Virus record (IMG/VR): IMGVR_UViG_3300033153_001952
Coordinates: 1-53,702 of that record
From: a virus
Lineage: Duplodnaviria > Caudoviricetes
DNA: 53,702 nt
Strand: one strand, 5' to 3'
The translations under genes were made by a program, and so were the position numbers. The notes beneath the pieces are model-generated. The model did not search any database. It saw only the letters and a program-made list of their open reading frames with translations, and had not been told where the DNA came from. This document shows positions 28,701 through 39,369 of this stretch, in pieces (position 1 is the stretch's first letter; every line of letters begins with the position of its first letter).

Positions 28701-29215
28701 CTGCTGAAGCTGGAGCTATGGAGTATGCAGCTCAGAAAGCTGCTGCTGCTAAAGCTAATGCGTTGGCCGCTGCTGCGTTTGAGAATCAGAAGAAGCTACA
28801 GATAGCTCAAGTAATAATGTCAACAGCAACCGCAGCGATGAAAGCTTACGAGCAGTTCGGTGTATACGGTGCAATTGCTGCTGCTGGTATGGCTGCTGTA
28901 GGCGCTATGCAAATCTCTGCTATCTCATCCCAACAGTACACTCCTCGTGAGAAGGGTGGAAGTTTGACAGGTGGTAAGCCTTATCTGGTTGGTGAGAAAG
29001 GCCCAGAGTTAATGATTCCCGGTGCTGGTGGTACGATGATCCCCAACAATAAGCTTGATGATTTCGCCGGAGGCGGTGGTGGAGCTAGCAATATCACATT
29101 CGAGATACATGCTAACGATACCAAAGACTTCGATAAGCTACTTACAAGCCGTAGAAGTATTATTCAGAACATGGTAGCAGAAGCTAACGATAGAAATATG
29201 AGGAATGAAAGATAA
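25766..29215 (+). CDS. Tail tape measure protein
   Basis: 1149 aa, Ala/Lys-rich helical; C-terminal GG...YLVGEKGPEL. Confidence 0.95.
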   Translation: MAIDLGTIYTTLVTKSEGQEKAAKATDKTSKALIRQADALAKARLAIDKMKAELKGVKEAAPHVKKAEDALKQFERRAQAAKKSSIAFTAAQKDFKNKITKTRIGMTKAGVATNGWQDRMQELTKSVQLALGPLSGVAARITALSSLFNKATLIWAGFFASITGVVVAMHKAVGAGALYENSMAKIQRQLELTRHASGQTTGSIDDMTKALARNTLASVQGARDAATAILTFTSITGKNVERTLSLAQDLTDSLGGDLLGNAKKLGKAIEDPSEAFKTLNEMGARLAQSEKDRLKSMVAMGKHAEAQEFLFGKIEERIEGIGKAGGTGTLAGAMDTLGVNVTLFFEALSKNSGMIDNFKKTIENVSETVLRWTSSVERGVPALEAFGSAVGAVSNAGAFLIRNLDSVINALGGLAILKVATASVSLLRLSYSKLTTSIAANVAATKVATLATGTYTKVTIAQTVATRGVTAATSTFNKVMRATPWGMVASLAAMAAAAIWGYSDATDGAAESTKRLSMTMNEVADAAMARQVAATKLRLQETAATIVHLTAKLVELERMNGKGTAGWNRWTMQLSDAKVAMKRVSGELAAMLTLQKNTSSETKTSTKATLKQIDALNALTASYNPSVAALKKYNQDVAVMKAALTGTNGELMTLERFLAANTKKQKLNGKEVEELTAKYKMMAAVWKGTESVMSDADPFKKAKVTLENMIKEQRNAAASAGGSGAMIDLNFSTDNDRITKTINTAMGLINDGKDIAGLKIHLDSGVLVETKDQLAQFMRETDAEIKQTNKIAPFSAMLESARVKIDSVAKATSGDIFGRLFNTKAYQDAVKLEQSIDGIGKRLSSQNIKEGSAEFARMGKELQEMAGNRGLGDLVDDEAIKNLDGYSTALAKVLEASNKAPVSMAKIMGGVQTMMGQLETIMGGIVDRYGEMASASTEAAQRALENAKSQSEFYMELANSVHYSNNEQARSFEDKAKAAAEAGAMEYAAQKAAAAKANALAAAAFENQKKLQIAQVIMSTATAAMKAYEQFGVYGAIAAAGMAAVGAMQISAISSQQYTPREKGGSLTGGKPYLVGEKGPELMIPGAGGTMIPNNKLDDFAGGGGGASNITFEIHANDTKDFDKLLTSRRSIIQNMVAEANDRNMRNER

Positions 29216-29811
29216 TGATTGACTACCCAGTAGATCCAGCATTCAGGGAAATAACTGTCAGTTCTAAAGACCCTACTGTAATACACAGGGCTCAGAACGG
29301 CAGACGTATTGCACGTAAGGTTGATGGTCATATCTGGACATTAACTCTCACGTACCCTCCAATGAAGCGTAGCACTTTTGCACCTGTATTAGGAGCGATT
29401 GCTGCTGCTCGTGGAGCTTACGATACGTTCACTGTAATTGCACCTAACCTACGTACACCAGAAGGCTCGCAAACTGCTGACACGGCTGTTGCTGCAAATG
29501 CAGGGGCTGGTAGTACATCGGTGGATATCTCTGGTGCAGGAGCAGGGGCTACCTTTTATGCTGGCGATATAATGAAGCTAAGTAATAGCTCTAAAGTTTA
29601 TATGTTAACAGCCAGTGAGACAGCAGATGGTGGTGGACTAGCTACGGTGAGTTTCATGCCTCCTTTAGTTGAGGCTTGCACTACAGCCGACACCATGAAG
29701 CATAGTGAAGTGTTTTTCACTGTAGGTATGACAGCCGATGTTCAGGAGTTTAAGACTAGCGTATCTGGTTACATTAAATATGAGCTAGATGTTGAGGAGG
29801 TATTCCAGTGA
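29215..29811 (+). CDS. Distal tail protein
   Basis: Follows tape measure; WTLTLTYPPM, G.YDTF. Confidence 0.7.
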   Translation: MIDYPVDPAFREITVSSKDPTVIHRAQNGRRIARKVDGHIWTLTLTYPPMKRSTFAPVLGAIAAARGAYDTFTVIAPNLRTPEGSQTADTAVAANAGAGSTSVDISGAGAGATFYAGDIMKLSNSSKVYMLTASETADGGGLATVSFMPPLVEACTTADTMKHSEVFFTVGMTADVQEFKTSVSGYIKYELDVEEVFQ

Positions 29812-30401
29812 GTCGTGATTTACATGCACAAACAAGCGCAGCATTAAGTAATAGTGATTTACAAATATTTCATCTAGTTACATTTTATTTCGATACAGAG
29901 ATGAGACTCACTGATCATGCTCATGATATTAGTTATGACCTTGGAGCTGGTACTGAGACTTTCACATCTTCAGGTAGACTATCTAGTGCAACAGATGTAA
30001 CAGAAGATTTAGAAATGTCGAATCAGAAGTTCACTATTGTACTTACAGGTGCTAATGAAGCTGACATAGCTCTAGCACTTGCTGAGAACTATAACAACAA
30101 GCGCGTAGTGGTTTATAGAGGCTTCTACGACGACACTGGAGCGACTACTGACGCTAACATCATACCTACACCCTTTATACTATTTGAAGGCACTGTAGAC
30201 TCATTCTCAATCAATGATGACCCAGAGGCAGGAGAGAGTAATGTTGCTTGGAAGATAGCATCCCATTGGGCAGATTGGGACAGGGTTACAGGTAGACGGT
30301 GTAACACACAAAACGCACAAGCTTACTTTGCTGATGAAGAAGGCTTTAGTCATGTATATGATCAAGTTGGCGAGAAGACTTGGGGTAGAATTAGGAGTTA
30401 A
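29808..30401 (+). CDS. Tail hub protein (DUF2163/gpL-like)
   Basis: RLTD, LFEGTVD, C-terminal GF...WG. Confidence 0.7.
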   Translation: MSRDLHAQTSAALSNSDLQIFHLVTFYFDTEMRLTDHAHDISYDLGAGTETFTSSGRLSSATDVTEDLEMSNQKFTIVLTGANEADIALALAENYNNKRVVVYRGFYDDTGATTDANIIPTPFILFEGTVDSFSINDDPEAGESNVAWKIASHWADWDRVTGRRCNTQNAQAYFADEEGFSHVYDQVGEKTWGRIRS

Positions 30402-30403
30402 TA

Positions 30404-33400
30404 ATGGGCTGGATTAATTTAATAATAGCAATATTTGCGGTAGTTACAGCACTCAATACTAAGACACCTAAGCTCAGTATGGATGAACGAGAGTCGAGGG
30501 TTAAGAATGTACTCAACCCCGATTACCATGTACCTGTTATATATGGAGAGGGCCGCACTGACGGTAACTTAATCTTCTATAACACAGCTAACGATGCTGA
30601 AGAGGATGAGATAAATAACGACTTCTTAGATGTAGTTGTAGTTGTTGCCGAAGGTGAGATTGACGGCTTCACTAAAATATTCATGGATGACGGTGAATAT
30701 CCAATATTTGATGCTAGTGAGTATAGCAGAACAACTCTTGAGGCAGGTGTTGAGTTGGAGTCCACGCACCCTCTCTATGGAGAGACTGTTGCTCGCACTA
30801 CGTTGAGAGTTGATCTCGATAAGTTAAGTGAATCTACTTTCTATTATGGCAACCACCTTAAGGCTACAGGAAACACCATACAAGAAGTTGCTGATAACCT
30901 CAGTGCAGCAGCATCTGCTTGGGTGACGGTAACCGTCCGCGATAATACCGATGACGTGTTAAGTATACGTGCTCTGGTAACTGGTAAGCGGGAGAACGGC
31001 CAATCGGTCAGGCAGCAGTGGTATGAAACGAGTACCGATGATTATGGCACATACAGCAACAGAAAAAAATTAGTAGCTAACATGAAGGGTGGCAGAGAAA
31101 CAATACATGCTTATGGTACGTTCTACAACGGCACTGAAGATCAAACAGCTAATGCTACATTAGTAGATTCCTACGCACCAACAGCAACTAGTGACGGCTG
31201 GACTACAGACCACAAGCTAGACGGCTTTGCATATATCTACATACGTCTGCGCCATAACGCTGATTTATTTGGTGGCGGCATACCTAAATTTTCTTGTGAG
31301 TTACGTGGCAAGAAGGTACTTGATACGAGAACTTCAATAACAGCTTACTCTGAGAATACAGCAATGTGTCTCAGAGATTACCTGCTTAGTGGGAGATATG
31401 GGAAGGCGCTTGAAGTTTCTGATATAGACGAAGCCACTTTCATAACTGCTGCTAACGATTGCGATACAGTTAGGGATGGCAAAAACGTAGCAGGCGACCC
31501 GATAACTTACACTGCATACACAATTGGTGCGGTAGTGGATACATCTAAGAAAGTGAAGGATAATGTGGGTCACTTCTTGCAAGCAATGAACGGAGCTCTA
31601 CCCTACTTCAACGGCATCTACTCACTGACAGTTATGAAGGCGGGCAATGCAACTGTAACTCTAGATAAGACTAATATCATAGGTAAAGTGAGTCTAACAT
31701 CCTCCTCCAAAAGAGATAGGATGAACAAGAGCTTAATGACTTTCCCTGATAAGAACAGACATTATGCTAAGGGCGATGCGGTTATTGATCCTGTCACTCC
31801 CGGCACATCTTCTTATAGTGCAGAGGCAGCTGCTTTCTTAGTTATTGATAATGACCAACTACTAGAGACTAGAACAGAGCTTCCATACGTTAACTATTAC
31901 CCGCAAGCTAGAGATGCAGCTGAGCTAGCTATGAACTTGTCACGTATTGGTTTGGTTATCAACTTAACGACTACATTAGAAATTCTTGATAATGTCGTAG
32001 GCGATATAACAGCAGTAACTTACGAGCCGTTTGGATGGACAGGTAAAGAGTTCAGGATAGAGCAGATTATATCACGCCTTGATGGCATGTGCGATGTGTC
32101 TTTATCTGAGCATAGCGATGCTTTGTATGATCTAGTAGATAAGCAAGAGCTACCTGAGCCAAACGTAACCAGCTTACAGACAACATCAGAGGTTATGGAA
32201 CCTGTAATTACAAGCGTACTCTCAGATGCTAGTACAGCGTTAGTCAGCACTGACGGCATCGTGAGTCCACGTATCCTTGTACAATGGGATAACTATGACG
32301 CTTACCCGTTAGAGCACAAGATATATGCTAAGAAGTCCGATGAGGATTTGTTTGTAAGAGCTGGGCAAGTTACAGCTGGCGATGATTTGACTTTCTATAT
32401 TAATAATATTGATTGGGATACCAGTTACGATGTAGCAGTAACTACAGTAAACACACTAGGCTACGAGTCTATTAAGGTTGTACGCAGCTTGGCAATCGCT
32501 AATCCGCTTGCACTAGCAACATACAACTATCCAGATGTTATCGGCTTAGAGTTGATTGGTGCTGGCACGGATTTAGGCGCGGGTCTTAGTGACGAGTTCA
32601 CTGGTCAAGATATAAGACTGCAATGGAGACTCAGCTCTGAGAATGTAGAGTTTGAGTGGGGCAGTGATGTATCAGAATCTCTTGGTGGTGTAGGCGGCGT
32701 AGTTCCATTGACACTCACAGGCTATAGAGTAGAGGTGTTCCACTCAGGCGATACAGAGCCTAGGCAGGAGTACACAGTTACTGATCCAAACTTCACATAC
32801 ACATATGATAAGAACTTCGAGGATGGTGATGGTAGTGCGGCTCGTGATGTGTCTTTCAAGGTATATGCTTTCGGTAGCGTAACTAATGCTGGAGTGAGCG
32901 GCGAGTCCGATATACCAGCGACAATATCAGTTAGTAATCCACAACCTGAGCTACCAACTAATTTATCTATCAGCGCTAGATACCAAGTTATTACAGTAGA
33001 CTTTGATGTACCTGTTGACAACGACTATGCGGGTATATTGGTTTGGGCATCTGAGAGCACAAGCTTTACTCCAGACGCTTCTACACTGGTTTATGATGGT
33101 AGTGATAGCTCAATAACTATTGACGGATTAGAGAAAGATACGCCGTACTTCATAATTGTAGCTCCTTATGATGGCTTCGGTATAGCAGGTATTAATTACT
33201 CATCTGAATATTCAGTAACTACACTCAACACTATAGATAATGATGATTTATCTGGGCTATCTAATTGGGCTCTTGAGACAGACCCTGTTGATCTCACGTT
33301 CATCACAGATAACATGGCTGACGATGCTATTAGCTCAACACAGATTGAAGGCGTAGTTGCTGGCAAGATTCAGGCAGGTACGATTGCTTCTGTAGTCAAT

Positions 33401-34192
33401 ATTTCTGGCGTGTTTACAGCTGTTGGTGGAGGTACACCAGAGGCAGTGTTTAATAAGACACTATCAGTTGGTGATTGGCGAATGGATATGGGGCCGGTAG
33501 CTGATACTGGTGCTACATACTTGTTACGTTATTACAACGGGTACGACGATGCTCATGGTAGTTACGAAGAGGCGTTTAGTATTGATGATAGTGGCAGTGC
33601 TAAGTTTAGTGGTGCTGTGCAGGCATCTAGTTTTATTACGGCAACTACTGGTAAGCGGATGGAGATCAACCCTTCCGATGATAATGAGATGCACTTCTAC
33701 GGCGATCAAGGCGATACGAATATAACGGAATTAGCTACTATAGGTATTCGATCTTATGGTGGTGATAACACGATAGGATTTTTTGGTAATTACCAATTAA
33801 CCTATACAGCTGTTGCTGCCTTGTCTGGGACTGGCACAGGTTTATTTGCAAGGTCTGAAGGTACAGCTATCCTTGCGCTATCTGTAGATGGTAGTCCTAT
33901 CGAAACGGAATCTACGAATGGTATAGCAGGGAGATTTGAAAGCCAAACCTCATTTGGTATGGCAGGCTTTTCCACTGATAGTTATGGATCTTATGCCTAC
34001 TCAGGGCTTGATGTTGGAGGCTTCTTCGGCTGCGGTTCAGGTGGTAAAGGGCCAATCTACTTACTCCCCTCAACTTCAAGCTCAGCGCCGGTACACTCTG
34101 CTGATAAAGGTACGTTGTGGGTAACAAGTACTGCGGTGTTGTACATCAATACAAATGGCTCAACAACTTGGGGTAAAGTAGGGGCTCAGTAA
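30404..34192 (+). CDS. Central tail tip / host-specificity protein (J-like, Fn3 domains)
   Basis: VPVIYG, AEGEI, HKLDGFAYIYIRL, CLRDYL...RYG. Confidence 0.9.
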   Translation: MGWINLIIAIFAVVTALNTKTPKLSMDERESRVKNVLNPDYHVPVIYGEGRTDGNLIFYNTANDAEEDEINNDFLDVVVVVAEGEIDGFTKIFMDDGEYPIFDASEYSRTTLEAGVELESTHPLYGETVARTTLRVDLDKLSESTFYYGNHLKATGNTIQEVADNLSAAASAWVTVTVRDNTDDVLSIRALVTGKRENGQSVRQQWYETSTDDYGTYSNRKKLVANMKGGRETIHAYGTFYNGTEDQTANATLVDSYAPTATSDGWTTDHKLDGFAYIYIRLRHNADLFGGGIPKFSCELRGKKVLDTRTSITAYSENTAMCLRDYLLSGRYGKALEVSDIDEATFITAANDCDTVRDGKNVAGDPITYTAYTIGAVVDTSKKVKDNVGHFLQAMNGALPYFNGIYSLTVMKAGNATVTLDKTNIIGKVSLTSSSKRDRMNKSLMTFPDKNRHYAKGDAVIDPVTPGTSSYSAEAAAFLVIDNDQLLETRTELPYVNYYPQARDAAELAMNLSRIGLVINLTTTLEILDNVVGDITAVTYEPFGWTGKEFRIEQIISRLDGMCDVSLSEHSDALYDLVDKQELPEPNVTSLQTTSEVMEPVITSVLSDASTALVSTDGIVSPRILVQWDNYDAYPLEHKIYAKKSDEDLFVRAGQVTAGDDLTFYINNIDWDTSYDVAVTTVNTLGYESIKVVRSLAIANPLALATYNYPDVIGLELIGAGTDLGAGLSDEFTGQDIRLQWRLSSENVEFEWGSDVSESLGGVGGVVPLTLTGYRVEVFHSGDTEPRQEYTVTDPNFTYTYDKNFEDGDGSAARDVSFKVYAFGSVTNAGVSGESDIPATISVSNPQPELPTNLSISARYQVITVDFDVPVDNDYAGILVWASESTSFTPDASTLVYDGSDSSITIDGLEKDTPYFIIVAPYDGFGIAGINYSSEYSVTTLNTIDNDDLSGLSNWALETDPVDLTFITDNMADDAISSTQIEGVVAGKIQAGTIASVVNISGVFTAVGGGTPEAVFNKTLSVGDWRMDMGPVADTGATYLLRYYNGYDDAHGSYEEAFSIDDSGSAKFSGAVQASSFITATTGKRMEINPSDDNEMHFYGDQGDTNITELATIGIRSYGGDNTIGFFGNYQLTYTAVAALSGTGTGLFARSEGTAILALSVDGSPIETESTNGIAGRFESQTSFGMAGFSTDSYGSYAYSGLDVGGFFGCGSGGKGPIYLLPSTSSSAPVHSADKGTLWVTSTAVLYINTNGSTTWGKVGAQ

Positions 34193-34211
34193 TAATTCAA
34201 CTAGGAATAAA

Positions 34212-34382
34212 ATGGAAAACTTAAAACAAAGCATCAAACAAGAAGCAGCTTCAGTAGCATTATCTCTCTATGAAGTTAACAAAGAGAAAGAGAAGCTTGA
34301 GAAACGTATGGACGAGCTAGCAATAGCTCTCTCTACTATAGCAGCTATTCCTACAGGAGAAGAGAAAGATGGCTCAGTATAA
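34212..34382 (+). CDS. Small coiled-coil protein (not in track)
   Basis: AGGA RBS; MENLKQSIKQ...DGSV*. Confidence 0.6.
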   Translation: MENLKQSIKQEAASVALSLYEVNKEKEKLEKRMDELAIALSTIAAIPTGEEKDGSV

Positions 34383-36834
34383 AACAGGTACAGTTGAAGT
34401 CACTAATGGCTCTACTGTAGTTACAGGCACTTCTACCACTTGGGTTACTAGCTTGATTACAGCTGGCTACTCATTCTTAGTAACTATAGCTAACGGCGGT
34501 GATGGCATTCTTTATGATGTCGCTAGTGTAGATAGTGAGACTCAAATCACTCTAACAACAGTTTACAATGGTGATACAAACGCCACTGCCTTGTATGCTA
34601 TTCAGAAGGACTATACAAGCCCTGATAACATCCCTGAACTTACTAATGGCGATGTTGGTATGGCTGCAATCTTTACAAGAGCTATGCGTGTAATCCAATC
34701 ATCTATCAGCAGCTTCTTATCAGCGTCTGATATAGGTGTTACGGTACAAGGGTACGATGCTGATACAGTGATTGATGCTGACTATGTAGCTACAGATAAT
34801 AACTACACTACACCAGAGAAGACTAAGCTTGGTTATATAACTGTAACACAAGCTGTTGACCTAGACGCAATAGAGCTACGAGTTAATGAGTTAGATGCTG
34901 CCGTTGTTTTGGTAGGCGAGTGGGACGCTTCTGTAGGTACTTTCCCCGGAGCTGGTATAGCTGAAAGTGGCTGGTCATATATTGTCTCTGTTGGCGGTAC
35001 GGTAGATGGTGTTGTGTTCACAGCAGAAGACCGTATTGTTGCACTTACAGATAATGCTTCAACATCGGTGTACGCAAGCAACTGGCATCACTTAGATTAT
35101 ACAGACCAAGTATCATCTGTTGCTGGTAGAACAGGAGCTGTTGTAATAACTGCTAGCGACCTTGCTGATTTCGCAGATGGCATTGCAGATGGTATTCACG
35201 GTGCTTCAGCTAAGACAACATTAGTAGATGCTGATGAGCTGGGACTATCTGATAGTGCTGCAACATGGGGTATTAAGAAAGTCACTTGGGCGAATGTTAA
35301 AGCTACTTTAGAGACATACTTCGACTCTGTTTATGCAGCAATCGTACATAGACATGAAACTGATGAGATCGACTTGTCAAACATCATTGGCTCTCCTACA
35401 CATGCAGACACTTTAGATAGAACACTAGACCACATCTACTCGGCTGGTATTGTTGATGGCGGAGCAGTCACTGATAATACAGATGGTACGGTAGCGATAA
35501 CTTCTGGTGAATGTTTTATACGAGCGACTGACGATAGTCACGTTGCTTTAATTTATGCTACATTTACAGCTAACAGTAGCATAACCTTGACAGATAATGC
35601 AACAAACTATATATATGTTGATTATAATTCTGGCTCTCCTATACCCGGTGTAACTTTAGATCCTACCACAATCAATATGACAACCCGCATAGCTGGTGCT
35701 GTTGTAACGAGAGAGGATTCACACCTTCACATATTAGATGTTGGGGATGATTCTGTAGATGCTAATGCAAAACTACGAAAACGCTTATTCTATACTGAAA
35801 CCTTTAAAAGAACATCTGGCGGCATTATATCTAACCCATCTGCACTATATCTTGGCTGTACAGAAGCACAGTTTTATTTTGGATTGACTCTATTAGATTT
35901 ACCTGCTTTAGATACATCTGGAGCAGATACTTTTATGTACTACTATACTACAGATGGGACAACATGGGTACATAATGATACATCATCGTCCCTTAGTAAC
36001 ACACAGTATAATGATGTAAATTCTGGCCTTGTTACATTAGGTAATAATCAGTATATGAACCATTGGATTTATGCAGCAATGAGCTCAGGGGGGGCTACTC
36101 ACTATACGGTAGTATACGGCCAAGATGAATTTACGTCTGTAGCTAATGCATCAAACGAGGCTCCACCAGTAATAGTACCGCCTGCAATTAAAGTAGTTGG
36201 AATTCTATTAGGTGTAATTACTACGCAAGAAGGTTCATCAGTAGTTCATAGAGTAGATACTTCTTTTACAGAAACATTTAATACGGCTCAAGTAACAAGT
36301 CATACTGAGCTCACTGATATTGGCGTTACTTCTCATGCCGCAATTGATACGCATGTTGGTTTGACTGATGAGCATATTAATTGGACTTCAGATCAAGGCG
36401 CTACTAATATCCATACAGGGAACTATGTAAATACTACTTACTCAGTAGGTGATGGCGGGTTGACTGAAATTAATTTCACTACGACCATTCGTGATAATAT
36501 AGCTAGTATAAACACAATAAATACGTTTACATTGCAGCAGAATTTTAAAGAAATATCTGAGACTGTTTATAGCTTAACTGGTACAGTAATTGACCCTGCT
36601 AACGGGACTATCCAGTATAAAACTTTAGGCTCAAACACAACATTCACAGAGTCATTAGAGGATGGTCAATCAGTTACATTACAAATTGATGATGGTACTG
36701 TATACACTATTACATGGCCTACGATGACATGGGTTGGTGGTTCAGCTCCAACACTACCAACTACGGGATATGCCGTCATTGTTATATGGCAGGTTGCTGG
36801 TGTTGTGTATGGCCTACATACAGGAAATGTATAA
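34369..36834 (+). CDS. Tail fiber protein
   Basis: YKTGTVEVTNGSTVVTGTSTTW N-terminus, VSSVAGRTGAV, C-terminal TITWP..TWVGGSAPTL. Confidence 0.85.
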   Translation: MAQYKTGTVEVTNGSTVVTGTSTTWVTSLITAGYSFLVTIANGGDGILYDVASVDSETQITLTTVYNGDTNATALYAIQKDYTSPDNIPELTNGDVGMAAIFTRAMRVIQSSISSFLSASDIGVTVQGYDADTVIDADYVATDNNYTTPEKTKLGYITVTQAVDLDAIELRVNELDAAVVLVGEWDASVGTFPGAGIAESGWSYIVSVGGTVDGVVFTAEDRIVALTDNASTSVYASNWHHLDYTDQVSSVAGRTGAVVITASDLADFADGIADGIHGASAKTTLVDADELGLSDSAATWGIKKVTWANVKATLETYFDSVYAAIVHRHETDEIDLSNIIGSPTHADTLDRTLDHIYSAGIVDGGAVTDNTDGTVAITSGECFIRATDDSHVALIYATFTANSSITLTDNATNYIYVDYNSGSPIPGVTLDPTTINMTTRIAGAVVTREDSHLHILDVGDDSVDANAKLRKRLFYTETFKRTSGGIISNPSALYLGCTEAQFYFGLTLLDLPALDTSGADTFMYYYTTDGTTWVHNDTSSSLSNTQYNDVNSGLVTLGNNQYMNHWIYAAMSSGGATHYTVVYGQDEFTSVANASNEAPPVIVPPAIKVVGILLGVITTQEGSSVVHRVDTSFTETFNTAQVTSHTELTDIGVTSHAAIDTHVGLTDEHINWTSDQGATNIHTGNYVNTTYSVGDGGLTEINFTTTIRDNIASINTINTFTLQQNFKEISETVYSLTGTVIDPANGTIQYKTLGSNTTFTESLEDGQSVTLQIDDGTVYTITWPTMTWVGGSAPTLPTTGYAVIVIWQVAGVVYGLHTGNV

Positions 36835-38165
36835 TGTTGTTAACGAAGAAGTTATTAGCTGAAACGATTGGAGCTGGTGGTGTTACTTTTGTTGGAAAAA
36901 CTTCGGTTAACTCTGAGACAGAAGTTTATACTTTACCTTTACCAGTAGGTACACAAGAAGGGGATATGTGTCTTTTAGTTGCTGGAGCTGGTCATAAATT
37001 TACAGCTTATGAAATTCCTACAGGATTTATGGTACTGCAAGTAAAAGCAGAATTACTCGAAGATATTGACAGAGTTTCATATATCAAATATTTAGATGCT
37101 GCTGATATAACCGCTGATGAGATAGTTCTTGATGAGGGTAATGCTAGTCAGGTACGAAGAGGAGCAGCAGCAATATTTGTATTTCATGGGGCAGGTATAC
37201 CTAATATTAAAGCTATAGAGAATACTGGGAATGATGCTACTCTTGAATTGAATGCTATAGATACAGTGGCAGATAGTTTTTATGTAGGTATTGGTGGTCT
37301 TGATGATGATAAAGCTGTAACAGTTAGTGCTTACCCTACATCATTCACTGATGAGAGATTTATTCAATTATCGTACAGACAAAATACTGACTATTCTTTT
37401 TCATTAGTAGGTGCAATATTTAAAGAGGATACAGGAACTACTGTAACTGGAGAGTCCTTTACCGTATCCCTTGCAGATGAGTGGTATACTGATATATTCG
37501 AGATACCTCCATATGATTCTACTGCACCTGTTTCAGAATTTCTTGGTGAGGCTAATATAGAATCTGTATTGACAATATATACTTATTCATCACAAGCTTT
37601 AGGGGATGTTTCAGATAATCGGCATATATTGGTAGGTGTATCCTACGGTGCTGAAGCTAATAGAGATGTGGATACCGTGAGTGTAGATGGTATCTCTGCC
37701 ATACAGCTAACAAATGAATATGTACCTAACCTAACATCATCTCATGGAGGAGCAACTTGGTGGATGGCAGATCTAAGTAGTAATAGTAATACTTCAGGTG
37801 ATATTGTTATTACAGGAACTGCTGCACTAGCTCGTACCGGTATTTCCTTATATAGTTTGGATACCGGAGCCACACCAACAGTATACGCATCTTCAACAGA
37901 TCAAGATTTAGATAATTTAACTTTGGATGTTAATGTCCCTGCAAATGCAGCAGTATTATTTGGTTGTTCTTATGCTAGTGGTGATCCAACGCTAGCACAT
38001 TGGGTAGGTATGGGAACAAGCCATGCTACCGAGTTTGGGGGTGGTAGTACTAGATGGCATACAGGAGCGATGAATAGATCTACGGCGGCAGAAACACCAA
38101 AGAGTATAGAGCTTCAATTTATATCTGGTACTTATGAATTAGCATCAGTAATTGTAATGGAATAG
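36834..38165 (+). CDS. Fiber-associated / receptor-binding protein
   Basis: TAATG overlap, LPxGxxxGDxxL motif, beta-rich. Confidence 0.6.
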   Translation: MLLTKKLLAETIGAGGVTFVGKTSVNSETEVYTLPLPVGTQEGDMCLLVAGAGHKFTAYEIPTGFMVLQVKAELLEDIDRVSYIKYLDAADITADEIVLDEGNASQVRRGAAAIFVFHGAGIPNIKAIENTGNDATLELNAIDTVADSFYVGIGGLDDDKAVTVSAYPTSFTDERFIQLSYRQNTDYSFSLVGAIFKEDTGTTVTGESFTVSLADEWYTDIFEIPPYDSTAPVSEFLGEANIESVLTIYTYSSQALGDVSDNRHILVGVSYGAEANRDVDTVSVDGISAIQLTNEYVPNLTSSHGGATWWMADLSSNSNTSGDIVITGTAALARTGISLYSLDTGATPTVYASSTDQDLDNLTLDVNVPANAAVLFGCSYASGDPTLAHWVGMGTSHATEFGGGSTRWHTGAMNRSTAAETPKSIELQFISGTYELASVIVME

Positions 38166-38176
38166 GGTGATATATA

Positions 38177-38665
38177 ATGAAATATGTAAATATAGAAACT
38201 AATGAAATATGTTCTTTACAAGAGGTTCGTAGGTTACATAGTAATATGTCCATACCTCAGAATATAGACCTTACTGTATTAGGGTATAAGCTTCTAATAG
38301 AGACACCTCGGCCAACTGCATTACCTTGGCATACTATAAGTGAAGGTGCAATTGTTGATTTTACTCAAACTTGGGAACAAGTACCACAATCAATAGAGAG
38401 CATTGAACAGAAGTTTATTAGGGCAATTCAACACCATCTTGATACTACAGCAAAGAAGCGAGGCTATGACAGTATCCTCTCAGCGTGTAGCTATGCCACT
38501 TCATCTAATCCAGTCTTTGCAGCTGAAGGTCAGGCATGTGTAGAGTGGAGAGATGCGGTTTGGGGGTATTGCTACCAGCTACTTGCTGATGTTAAGGCTG
38601 ACGTTACACCTATGCCCGAAACTACTGATGAATTAATATCAAACTTACCAGTAATTAAGTGGTAA
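38177..38665 (+). CDS. Tail fiber assembly-like protein
   Basis: HLDTTAKKRGYDSILSACSY...EGQACVEWRDAVW...LPVIKW. Confidence 0.75.
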   Translation: MKYVNIETNEICSLQEVRRLHSNMSIPQNIDLTVLGYKLLIETPRPTALPWHTISEGAIVDFTQTWEQVPQSIESIEQKFIRAIQHHLDTTAKKRGYDSILSACSYATSSNPVFAAEGQACVEWRDAVWGYCYQLLADVKADVTPMPETTDELISNLPVIKW

Positions 38666-38677
38666 TAAGGAAATAAA

Positions 38678-38980
38678 ATGAACATCGACGAGCAAATAAG
38701 AGAGCTTGAAATAAAACAAGCCAAAATAGACGGGAAGCTTGAAGCTCAAGACGGGTTTCAGGATAAAGTTATTGAAGAGCTAGCTTACCTTAGAAAACGA
38801 AACGCTGATGTGTATCGTTACATGGAAGCTCACATGAGAGAGAGTCAAGCAAAAGCAGATATGGCTATGAATATTAAGTCTAAGATAATCATATCTGGAG
38901 TTTGGGGAACTATTGTGATAATGGCTGGTGTAGGCTGGTATGCTCTGAAAGCCTTCTTACTATCTGGAGGTGCTAACTAA
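38678..38980 (+). CDS. Coiled-coil protein with C-terminal TM (holin-like)
   Basis: Single TM segment, directly before the endolysin. Confidence 0.55.
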   Translation: MNIDEQIRELEIKQAKIDGKLEAQDGFQDKVIEELAYLRKRNADVYRYMEAHMRESQAKADMAMNIKSKIIISGVWGTIVIMAGVGWYALKAFLLSGGAN

Positions 38981-39369
38981 TGTCCTTTGCATTGAGTAAA
39001 CGCTCTAAGGAACGGATGGTAGGAGTGCATCCCTATCTCGTCCTAGTTGCTAATAGAGCCATTCAGATTACACAAGTTGACTTCGGGATTCCGCAGGATG
39101 GTGGTGTAAGGACTGCCGAAAGGCAGAGAGTATTATTCGATGATAAGGCTTCCAAGTGTGACGGTACAGTTAAGAAGTCTTACCATCAATCAGCACGAGC
39201 TCTCGACTTCTACGCTTATGTAGATGGAAAGGCAAGCTGGGACAAGGGTCACCTTGCTCAAGTGGCAGCAGCGTGCTTACAGGCAGCTATAGAGCTGGAT
39301 ATTGATATTGAGTGGGGAGGCTTGTGGAATAACTTCCCAGACTTCCCTCACATACAACTTAAGAAGTAG
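38980..39369 (+). CDS. Endolysin, M15 family L-Ala-D-Glu peptidase
   Basis: GVRTAERQ, SYHQSARALD, WGG.W..F.D.PHIQL. Confidence 0.92.
   Translation: MSFALSKRSKERMVGVHPYLVLVANRAIQITQVDFGIPQDGGVRTAERQRVLFDDKASKCDGTVKKSYHQSARALDFYAYVDGKASWDKGHLAQVAAACLQAAIELDIDIEWGGLWNNFPDFPHIQLKK

Noticed and set aside
30404-38665. Diversity-generating retroelement or invertible fiber cassette
   Set aside because: No reverse transcriptase, invertase or template/variable repeat pair seen in the window.
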